NCBI GenBank assembly: GCA_021295775.1
Contig: JAGWBS010000002.1
Span: forward strand, 31,986-95,985
Direction: 5' to 3'
DNA length: 64,000 nt
Origin: Pseudomonadota bacterium
GTDB taxonomy: Bacteria > Myxococcota_A > UBA9160 > SZUA-336
This document shows, piece by piece, positions 28,488 through 36,600 of this stretch. Position 1 is the stretch's first letter. Each line of letters begins with the position of its first letter. Below the pieces are notes generated by a model, which was not told the origin of the DNA, did not search any database, and was given only the letters and a program-made list of their open reading frames with translations. Made by a program: the position numbers and the translations under genes.

Positions 28488-29455
28488 GACGGCGGCGGCG
28501 CGCGTTCGACGTCTTCAGCATCTCGTTTCTGGACGCGATCGCCTGCGGTTTCGGCGCGGTGATCCTGCTGCTGATCGTCAGCCTGAACGCCGACCGCGCT
28601 CCGGCGGGAGCCCCGCCCGATGTCTCCGCCCTGCTCGACTCGGCCGTCGAAACCCGCCTCGAGACCACCGCCCTGAAAGAGCGTCTGGAACTCAGCCGGT
28701 CGGTGGACGCCGATGCCCGCGCCGAGGCGGCGGAACTCGAAGCGCGCATCCTCGCGGCGAGGGCCGCCTACGAAGCCGACCGCCGGGAAGCCCAACGGCT
28801 CGAGCGCCGACTGGCGAAGCTCATCCCGCCCGAAGAGCGCCCGGCCAGCGCCGCCACGCGCACCCCGGGCCCGGCGGAGGAACGCGACGACGAAGTGGGC
28901 GGGATCCCCGTCGGCAGCGAGTACGTGATCTTCGTGATCGACACCTCGGGATCGATGCGGAGCATCTGGGAAAAGGTCGTCGGGCGCCTCGAAGCCGTGA
29001 TCGACGCCCACCCGACGGTCAGCGGCTTTCAGGTCGTCAACGACAACGGCACCTACCTGCTCCCCGCGTACAAAGGGCGCTGGATCTCGGACACCCCCTC
29101 GCGCCGCCGCAGCGTCAAGAAAATGCTCCGGAATTGGAACAGCCTGTCCAACAGCAGTCCCGTCGAAGGCCTCGAAGAGGCCCTGGAACGCTACGCCCGT
29201 CCCGGCCGCAGGCGCTCGGTGTATGTATTCGGCGACGAGTACACCGGCGGCTCGTACGACGTGGTGCTCGATTCGCTGGAGCGCCACAATCGGGACCCGG
29301 TCAGCGGGCAACCGCTGGCGGAGGTTCACGCCCTGGGCTTCTTCTCGACCGCGGGGGCGACGAGCGCGAGCTACCTGCTGTCGTCGGCGCGTTTTTCGAT
29401 CCTCATGCGCGAGGTCGTGCGGCGCAACCGGGGAACCTACCTGACCGTGCCCTGA
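28484..29455 (+). CDS. ExbD/TolR/MotB-like Asp-TM anchor + coiled coil + VWA (MIDAS) domain protein, paralog 2
   Basis: ATG at 28484 (ATGA overlap with the paralog 1 stop), in frame within track ORF 27968..29455. N-terminus MRRRRRAFDVFSISFLDAIACGFGAVILLLIVS. Coiled-coil segment present. MIDAS DTSGS (VIFVIDTSGSM). 323 aa. Confidence 0.75.
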   Translation: MRRRRRAFDVFSISFLDAIACGFGAVILLLIVSLNADRAPAGAPPDVSALLDSAVETRLETTALKERLELSRSVDADARAEAAELEARILAARAAYEADRREAQRLERRLAKLIPPEERPASAATRTPGPAEERDDEVGGIPVGSEYVIFVIDTSGSMRSIWEKVVGRLEAVIDAHPTVSGFQVVNDNGTYLLPAYKGRWISDTPSRRRSVKKMLRNWNSLSNSSPVEGLEEALERYARPGRRRSVYVFGDEYTGGSYDVVLDSLERHNRDPVSGQPLAEVHALGFFSTAGATSASYLLSSARFSILMREVVRRNRGTYLTVP

Positions 29456-29518
29456 TGCCCGGAGCGGGCTTGGCGACCCGACCTCGCGCCGGCGGGGGCG
29501 CGTGGCAGGGACGCCGTC

Positions 29519-30301
29519 TCAGCCAGTCCCGTCGGGATCGGGGGCTGGAAGCGCGCTGATGCGCCCGACCAGCACCTCGTCGCAGTAGCGGCGGGTGTCG
29601 ATCACCAGGCCGTCCTGCAGGCGCTGAAGCTGGTGCAGGAAGAACATCAGCACGATGCTGATCAGCAGCGCCACCAGGGTCGAGTTGAAGGCCAGGCCCA
29701 GACTCTCGGTCATCGCGAAGATGTCGCCCGCCAGCGCCTGGTCCGCCTGGGACAGCGCCCGCCCGATGCCGCGCACGGTGCCGATGAAGCCGATCGAAGG
29801 GATCGCCCAGATCAGGTAGCGGATCAGCGAGTTCTCGGCCTCCTGCTGGGCCGCCAGAGCGTCCACGCCGGCCTCGATCGCCTCGGAGGCGTTCTGCACG
29901 TCGCGCTGGACCGCGAAGCGCCGCAGACCGGCGGCCAGCGTCTGGACCAGGGGCGTGCGCCAGACGTCGGGGCGCTGGCGTCCCAGCTCCTCGAAGCTCC
30001 GGACGGCCCGGGCGGGATCGCCCGAGACGTCGGTGTCCTCGAGCAGGTCGGTGTCGAACAGGTACTGCTGGCGCAGGATCGTCCGGTACTTGTCGAAGAT
30101 CAGGAACAGCCCCCAGACCATCAGCACCAGACAGATTTCCTGCTCGTAGTCCTTCAGTACGATCCAGAGATTGCGCGGAGTCGCCATGCCCGCCTCCATG
30201 GCGGCCTCGATCGACCGCTCTGCCTGGGGGCGGACCCAGCCCAGGTAGGCGGCGTGGATCCCGACGATGGAGGCGGCCAGGGCGGCCAGGCTTCGAAACA
30301 T
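29519..30301 (-). CDS. MotA/TolQ/ExbB-family proton-channel protein, 4-TM MotA-like topology (orphan stator A-subunit)
   Basis: 260 aa. Four hydrophobic helices with a cytoplasmic insert between TM2 and TM3. Family core: LIWAIPSIGFIGTVRGIGRAL...ESLGLAFNSTLVALLISIVLMFFLHQL. Confidence 0.75.
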   Translation of the reverse strand: MFRSLAALAASIVGIHAAYLGWVRPQAERSIEAAMEAGMATPRNLWIVLKDYEQEICLVLMVWGLFLIFDKYRTILRQQYLFDTDLLEDTDVSGDPARAVRSFEELGRQRPDVWRTPLVQTLAAGLRRFAVQRDVQNASEAIEAGVDALAAQQEAENSLIRYLIWAIPSIGFIGTVRGIGRALSQADQALAGDIFAMTESLGLAFNSTLVALLISIVLMFFLHQLQRLQDGLVIDTRRYCDEVLVGRISALPAPDPDGTG

Positions 30302-30302
30302 T

Positions 30303-30431
30303 TCAGATGTCCACCGGGAAGGTCGTGGGCGAGTTCAGACTGAGGCGCCCCTGCGCGATCGCCACCCCGGCCGCCGCGGCGGCCGTCACGGCCAGGGCGA
30401 CCAAGAGCCAGAGAATGCGCCGACGCTGCAT
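30303..30431 (-). CDS. 42-aa single-pass membrane micro-protein (not in ORF track)
   Basis: Hand translation gives MQRRRILWLLVALAVTAAAAAGVAIAQGRLSLNSPTTFPGDI*. GGAGGA lies 6 nt upstream of the ATG (30431). It starts 9 nt after the upstream stop (30441), and its own stop is 1 nt before the MotA-like ATG (30301). High GC3. Confidence 0.5.
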   Translation of the reverse strand: MQRRRILWLLVALAVTAAAAAGVAIAQGRLSLNSPTTFPVDI

Positions 30432-30440
30432 GGTCTCCTC

Positions 30441-32420
30441 CTATAGATAGCGGCCGATGCGAAAGCCTAGGTCATCCCGGCGGCCGCCGAACCCTTCGCG
30501 GCGGGCGGCGCGAAGTCCGCTGCGCGTCCCCGTGCGCCAGCTCGCTCCCTTGACCACGTGAACGCTTCCGTAGCCGGGACCCAGGGGGTCGATTTCGACC
30601 GATCCCGGGGCCGGAGGCTCGAGCAGATAGAAGTCGTGGACCCACTCGCTGGCGTTGCCGGTCAGGTCGAACAGTCCCGAGCGCTCGGGCGCGAAGCTGC
30701 CGACCGGGGCGAGCCGGGCGAATCCGTCCGAGTAGCGGGGGACGTAGGTTTCGACCGACCCCTTGGCAGTCTCGTCGGCGACGTTGCCCACTCCGGACGG
30801 CAGCGTATCCGAGTCGCCCCAGGGAAAGACCGTCCGGCGCCCGCGCCCGGCCTGCCGCGCCAACCACTCCCACTCCGCCTCGGTCAGCAGGCGGTAGCCG
30901 TCCGGCGGATCCTGGCCTCCTCCCGCGTGGGCGTAGAACGGAGTCAGGCCCTCCCGGACGCTCAGCCAGTCGCAGAACGCCACCGCCTCCGCCCAGGAGA
31001 CCGAGGTCGCGGGGTGGTCGCCCCGCTCCCCGGGGTGCCCGGGGCGGAAGCTGCGGAACTGCTCCAGGCTGACTTCGTGCAGTCCGGCGTAGAACGGCCG
31101 GCTCAGCCGGACGTCGCGCTCGAACTCGTTGGCGCGCTGTCCCTTCTCGCCGCGCGGATCGCCCATCCGGAACGCCCCCGCCGCGCCGGGATTGAGCAGC
31201 ACCAGGCTCGCGCCGACGGAGTTGGTGTAGCGGACGGGCGCGCGCGCCAGCCGCGCCTCCCGCTCGGTCAGCAGGGTCTCCCGCAGCAGCGTGGCCCGCT
31301 CGGGGTCCGGAGCGAGCGTGCGGCGGACCGTCTCGTAGCCGCGGCGCTGCAGCTCGATCCGCGTTTCCTGCGCCGGCAGAACCAGATCGAGGGGGGTCCG
31401 GCCGGCGGGCTCGCCGTCGATCCGCACCTCGGAAACGGGATCGGATTCGATCCGCGCGCGCCCGGTCTTGCGGGTCAGGTGCAGCTCCAGGGTCCGCGTC
31501 TCCCCCCGGTCGAGGGTCGCGTGCAGGGTGCGGGGAAAGTAGCCCTCCAGCGAGTAGCGCACGCTGTGCTCGGCGTGCGCCGCTACGCGCTCGGGATTCG
31601 AGGCGCGGAATCCGTCGACCAGCAGCAACCCTCCCGCTGGGGACAGGTCGAAGCGCAGCTCGGCGGAGGGAGGGACCAGGCGGTAGTTGCGGCGGGCCAG
31701 GGGCCGGTCGCGGGTCAGCTCCAGCGTGTCGCGGACGGGCGCGTAGCCCGGCAGTCGGAGCGCGACCGGATAGCGCCCCGCGGGCAACTCCCGCTCCAAA
31801 GGCGTCGGCAGGGGGTCGAGGCCTTCGATCTCGACCGACGCCCCGCTCGGCTCGGAGCGCAGTTCGAGCCGTCCCCGGGCGCGACTCAGCGGCAACGAGA
31901 CCTCCAATCGGGCGCCCCGCTCGACCTGGATGTCGAGGTCGGCGATCTCGTACCAGTCGTGGCGGGCGGAGAGACGGTAGGCTCCGGCGTGCAGTTCGTG
32001 CTCCAGGAGCGCGCCGATGCCCGCCAGCGCGTCGTCCACGTACCAGCGTGTTTCCACCTCGGGAGGATGCGTGGAAGCGTGGACCCGTCCGGGCAGCGGC
32101 TCGAGCGCGACGCTCAGGGTCCGGCCGGGGGTGTGGATCGGCAGCGTCCTGGCGGCGAACCCGGGTGCCGAAACGCGAACCTCCAGTTCGCCCCCGAGAT
32201 CGTAGACCCGGCCCAGGATCACCAGCGCCCAGCCGGACGCGAGTTCGATCCGGGCGTTCTCCGACGCCTCCGGGGGTTGCACCTCGACGGGCGTGCCGCG
32301 CGTCAGCGCCAGCGTCACGCCCAGCACCAGCGCGCCGACCGCCAAGCCCAGCGCGGCGTAGAGGGAGCGGAGCCACCAGCGCCTCTGCACCCTTCGAAGC
32401 TGGCGTTCAGTGGGAGACAT
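30441..32420 (-). CDS. Membrane-anchored PEGA-repeat protein with C-terminal FGE-sulfatase-like (SUMF1/GldK-like) domain lacking the FGE cysteine pair
   Basis: 659 aa. TM segment WWLRSLYAALGLAVGALVLGVTLAL. At least 3 PEGA-like units (e.g. LRSEPSGASVEIEG...LPAGRYPVALRLPGYAPVRDTLEL; IESDPVSEVRIDGEPAGRTPLDLVLPA...LQRRGYETV). FGE-like C-terminus: HPATSVSWAEAVAFCDWL...YRLLTEAEWEWLAR...GNASEWVHD...VVKGASWRTGTRSGLRAARRE...DLGFRIGR. No Cys occurs where FGE has its CxxxxC. Confidence 0.8.
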   Translation of the reverse strand: MSPTERQLRRVQRRWWLRSLYAALGLAVGALVLGVTLALTRGTPVEVQPPEASENARIELASGWALVILGRVYDLGGELEVRVSAPGFAARTLPIHTPGRTLSVALEPLPGRVHASTHPPEVETRWYVDDALAGIGALLEHELHAGAYRLSARHDWYEIADLDIQVERGARLEVSLPLSRARGRLELRSEPSGASVEIEGLDPLPTPLERELPAGRYPVALRLPGYAPVRDTLELTRDRPLARRNYRLVPPSAELRFDLSPAGGLLLVDGFRASNPERVAAHAEHSVRYSLEGYFPRTLHATLDRGETRTLELHLTRKTGRARIESDPVSEVRIDGEPAGRTPLDLVLPAQETRIELQRRGYETVRRTLAPDPERATLLRETLLTEREARLARAPVRYTNSVGASLVLLNPGAAGAFRMGDPRGEKGQRANEFERDVRLSRPFYAGLHEVSLEQFRSFRPGHPGERGDHPATSVSWAEAVAFCDWLSVREGLTPFYAHAGGGQDPPDGYRLLTEAEWEWLARQAGRGRRTVFPWGDSDTLPSGVGNVADETAKGSVETYVPRYSDGFARLAPVGSFAPERSGLFDLTGNASEWVHDFYLLEPPAPGSVEIDPLGPGYGSVHVVKGASWRTGTRSGLRAARREGFGGRRDDLGFRIGRYL

Positions 32421-32440
32421 CGCAGACGATCGGGTTCGGC

Positions 32441-33553
32441 TCAGTAGACGAGATCCGTATCGGTAATCTCCTGGCGGACCAGCCGGCCCTCGCGGTAGTA
32501 GGACGTGACCTCGACATCCCCATCGCCGTTCAGGTCCTCTTCCTTGCGGGCCAGGACCGGCCGGGCTGGGTCGTCGCCTTCATAGTATTCCCAGACGTCG
32601 GAACGTCCGTCTTCATTCGCGTCGATCTCGGCGCGCTCCGGGAAACCGGAAAGATCGTAGAAGGTACGGATCTCCATCCCGCCGGAAAAATCCCGGTCTT
32701 CCAGCTCGATGGCGCGACGCCGGCCCTCGTACTCCACCCGCCGGTCGATGCTTCCGTCGTTGTTGGTGTCGTGCTCCTCGTCGGTCAGCCAGCCGTTCGC
32801 GTAGCGGAACAAGCCGTCGCGGACCCCGTCGAAGTCCCGGTCGACCACGACCCGCGTCGCGCGGCCGTCCGCGCCGTACTCGGTCCAGCGGTCCGGCATC
32901 CCGTCGTGGTTGGTGTCCTGTTCGCGAGAGGCGATCCCGCCGGAGCCGTGGTAGGCGTTGACCGTGTCGAAGCGGCCGTCGTAGTCGGTGTCCTCCAAAC
33001 GCGCGAGCAGGGCGCCGCTGCGCGCGTCGTGCTCGATGCGGATTTCCGGATTCCCGTCGCGGTCCGCGTCCAGCAGCTTGACCAGCAGCTCCTGTTCGCC
33101 GACGCGGTGAAGTTCGCGTTCGAAGATGGATTCCGGCAGATCCCGCTCGACCGGTGCGCGCGGAGCTGCCAGCGGATCGACGGACGCCCGGGGCTCGGCG
33201 CCGCCCGCGGCGGCCGCCCCGCTGCGAGCCAGCTTCTCTTCGCGTCGGATCTGCTCCAGCAGCTCTTCCTGCCGCCGGAGTTCGGCCTCGATCTCGTCCT
33301 CCAGCGCCCGCTGGCGCCAGAGTTCGCCCTCGATCTCGGCTTCCAGGATTTCTTCGGAGCGAGCGCTGCCCTGCTGGCTGCGGACGGGCAGGCTTCCGTC
33401 GTCCCCCCGGCGCTCGGTCGCGGCGAAAGGCACCGAGGGGCCGAACGCAGCCGCGCTGGCGGCTCCGGCGCTCCCGGCCGGGGCGCCTCCGAGCAGCGCA
33501 GCCAGCAGCCAGACGGGGGTGGAGAAGGGCGCTGCAGGGCTACGAATGCGCAT
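32441..33553 (-). CDS. Secreted coiled-coil protein with 8 Dx[DN]xDG-type repeats (short paralog of the giant repeat protein)
   Basis: Start trimmed to ATG at 33553, preceded by GGAGGCGGAGGAA. Signal-like N-terminus MRIRSPAAPFSTPVWLLAALLGGAPAGSAGA. Acidic coiled coil: EILEAEIEGELWRQRALEDEIEAELRRQEELLEQIRREEK. Repeats such as DTDYDGRFDTV, DTNHDGMPDRW, DTNNDGSIDRR, DANEDGRSDVW. Confidence 0.7.
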   Translation of the reverse strand: MRIRSPAAPFSTPVWLLAALLGGAPAGSAGAASAAAFGPSVPFAATERRGDDGSLPVRSQQGSARSEEILEAEIEGELWRQRALEDEIEAELRRQEELLEQIRREEKLARSGAAAAGGAEPRASVDPLAAPRAPVERDLPESIFERELHRVGEQELLVKLLDADRDGNPEIRIEHDARSGALLARLEDTDYDGRFDTVNAYHGSGGIASREQDTNHDGMPDRWTEYGADGRATRVVVDRDFDGVRDGLFRYANGWLTDEEHDTNNDGSIDRRVEYEGRRRAIELEDRDFSGGMEIRTFYDLSGFPERAEIDANEDGRSDVWEYYEGDDPARPVLARKEEDLNGDGDVEVTSYYREGRLVRQEITDTDLVY

Positions 33554-33613
33554 TTCCTCCGCCTCCCGGCACCGGGCTCGAAAAGCTAGCACGCGCCCGG
33601 GCCGCGGCCCGGG

Positions 33614-36600
33614 CTATCGCTTCCAGAAATCGCTGAACCCGCCGCAGCTCAGCGCCCCGAATTCCTTCGTTCCCGTGGGCGCCGCTTCGCCGTCGACCTC
33701 TACCGCCCGCTCGCTGGCCAGGTCGAAACGCACGTCCACGCGGCCGTCGAAGTCGCGGTCCTCGGCCTGCACGCTGGGGGCGCCAGCGGCGTAATCGACC
33801 CAGACGTCCGGGCGGCGGTCGGCATTGGTGTCCGCCTCCATGCGCAGCGGCACCCCGTCCTCGTACAGGTTGCGGCGGTCGCCGTAGCCGTCCCGGCTCG
33901 AGTCCTCGACGCTGACCCGGATCACGCCCGCTTCGTACTCGATCCGGGTGCGCGGCGTGCAGCGCCACTGTGCGTTGCCCTCGGCGTCGAAGCGCGTGAG
34001 CCGGTCCGGGAGGCCGTTGCAGTTGCGGTCCTCCTCCTGGGCGGCGATCCGCTCGCCGTCGAAGAGGAAGACGATGTTGGGGCGGGTGCAGCTCCCGCGG
34101 GCCTCGGCCTGGATCCGCTTGACGCCGCCTTCCAGGTGCTCCCAGACATCGATCCAGCCGTTCTGGTTGGTGTCCCGCTCCACGCGCCGGACCTCGCCGC
34201 CGGCCAGGAAGGTGAAGGTGTCGTAGGCGCAGTCTCCGTCGCTGTCCACGGCGTCCTCGACCACCTGCCCATCCGGTGAGAAACGCTGCCGGTGATCCAG
34301 GCAGCCCGCCCCCCGGTCCTCCTCGAGTTCCGCGGCCACGCCGTCCGCGAAGCGCGTCACGCGCTCGGGCTCGCCGTCCTCGTCCAGGTCTTCGATCCGC
34401 TCGCGGGGCTCGCCGGCGGCGTCGAAGACGAGGCTCAGGTCGGGCTCGCCGTTGGCGTCGGTGTCGCGCCGCTCCAGGGCGATCTTCCCGTCCGGGGCGA
34501 GGTCGAGCCAGCGGTCGACCCGGCCGTCGGCGTCGGTGTCGTGCTCCTGGCGCAGCTCGACCCCCGCCTCGAGGTAGACGCGGACGTCGAAGCGGCCGTC
34601 GCCGTCGGTGTCCCTGCGGACTTCGCGCGGTTCCGACTCGCCCGCGGCGTAGAGATCGATCTTGTCCACCCGGCCGTCGGCGTCCGCGTCGGACTCGACC
34701 CGCGAAAGCGCGCCATCGAGGTAGTGGGAGACGGTCTCGAAGCGGCCGTCGCCGTCGAGGTCCGATTCCTGCCGCGCGAGCCGCCCGTCCTCGTAGTGGG
34801 ACAGACTGTCGAACTCGCCGTCGAAGTCGGTGTCCGAGCGCAGGCGAACTTGAACGCCGTGCCGGAATTCGCCGATGTGGTCGTCCCGGCCGTCGAAGTC
34901 GCGGTCCTCGGCCTGGCCGGTCTGAATCCCCTGCGCGTAGGTCTTCGCGGCATCGGTGCGGCCGTCGCCGTTGGTGTCCACGCGCTCGAGCCGCGGGCGG
35001 CCCGCGGCGTCGAACTCGGTCCACTGGTCGAAGGCGCCGTCGCCGCTCGCATCCCGCATCTGGCGGGCGATACGGCCCGCCTCGAACTCGCTGACCGCCT
35101 CGGCGAAGCCGTCGCCGTCGGCGTCGCGCTCCTCGCGCACCCGCCTCTCTCCGCTGTCGTCGTAGAGCGTGGACACCTCCGGGACGCCGTTTCCGTCGGC
35201 GTCGAGTTCGACCCGCGCGCGGCGCTCCCGGCGATAGTGGACGATCGCCTCGAAGACGCCGTCGAAGTCCTCGTCGCTGAAATCGCGGGCGATGGAACCC
35301 TGGGCGTCGTATTCGGCGCGGTAGTCCACTCGGCCGTCGAAGTTGCGGTCCTCCGTCAGCCCCGCGGCGAGTTCGCCCGACAGCCGCGCGGTCCGGTCCG
35401 GCTCCCCGTCGCCGTTGGTGTCGGTCTCCACCCGAGTGCGCGCGCCGCCGGCGTAGTCCGTCCAGGTGTCCACCCGGCCGTCGCCGCTGGTGTCCTCCAG
35501 CACGCGCTGGGGCTCGCCGGAAACCGGGTCGAGCATCACCCACTGGTCGGGCTGGCCGTCGCCCCGCGTGTCGCGCTCCTGCTTGTGCATGCGGCCGTCC
35601 TCGAAGAAGCTCCACAGGTCCGTGCGGCCGTCGAAATCCTCGTCCAGGAACTGCTGCAGCGGCCGGCCGTCCCGCAGCTTCTCCGTGAAGTCGACGCGAC
35701 CGTCGGCGTTGCGGTCCTGTTCGCGCTCGCTGGGCTGGCCGTCCGCGAAGCGCGTGCGCAGTTCGAGCGCGCCGTCGCCGTCGCTGTCCTCGCGCTGCTC
35801 GGCGAGCTGCCCCGCGAGGAAGTCGTACTCCACGTCCACGCGACCGTCGTAGTCGCGGTCCTCGCGCTGGACCGAGCGCTGGCCGCCCGCGAACTCCACC
35901 CAGGTGTCGACCGCACCGTCCGCGTTGGTGTCGCGCTCGCTGGCGACCTTGGCGCCGTCGCGGTAGCGATCGTCCACGTCGGCCGTTCCGTCGCCGTCCG
36001 CGTCGCGCGTCTCGCGCTCCAGCGCGTCGTCCCGGTATTCGCGCCAGACGTCGAAGACGCCGTCGGCGTCGCTGTCGATCTCCTCGCGGACCCGCACTTC
36101 CCGCTCGTCGTAGTGGACCGCGATCTCTATCCGACCGTCGCTGTCCGCGTCGCGTTCCTGGCGCACCCGCCGGCCGTCCCGGAAAAACAGCAGCGTCTCG
36201 TGGCGGCCGTCGTGGTCCACGTCGACCTCCTCGCGCGCGAGCGCCTCGCCCCGGTAGTGGCCGATCCGGTCGGGCGAGCCGTCGCCGCTGGTGTCTTCCT
36301 CGGTGCGGATCTTGAGCCCCTCGGCGTAGTGGATGCGCAGGTTAAGCTCACCGTCGCCGGTCGTGTCCTGCTCCTCGAGCTGCTTGTTCCCCTGGGCGTC
36401 GAAGGTCGAAAGCGCCTCAGGCCGGCCGTCTTCGTCCGGGTCGAGCCACTTCTGGTAGACCCGGTCGCCGCGGTACAGGGTGACGTCGTTCGGCTTGCCG
36501 TTGCCGTCGGGATCCCGTTCCAGCCGCGTCCGGACGCCCGCCTCGAAATACAGGTGGGTGTCCGGTCGTCCGTCGAAGTCGCTGTCGTCCCGCTGCAGCG

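Noticed and set aside
27411-29455. Interpreting the two TM-VWA proteins as BatA/BatB-type aerotolerance proteins
   Set aside because: No MoxR ATPase, DUF58 or BatC/D/E-like genes are nearby. The N-terminal anchor carries the ExbD/MotB-style Asp and a coiled coil, and the genes sit in an exbB-exbD operon.
29485-29502. GC-only hairpin CGCGCC-GGCGGG-GGCGCG between the two convergent operons as a bidirectional terminator
   Set aside because: It has only a 6-bp stem and no flanking T/A tracts. It is plausible but not supportable from sequence alone.
30441-32420. Annotating the FGE-domain protein as a functional formylglycine-generating enzyme (sulfatase maturase)
   Set aside because: The region corresponding to the FGE catalytic Cys pair contains no cysteine, and no sulfatase gene is present in the window.
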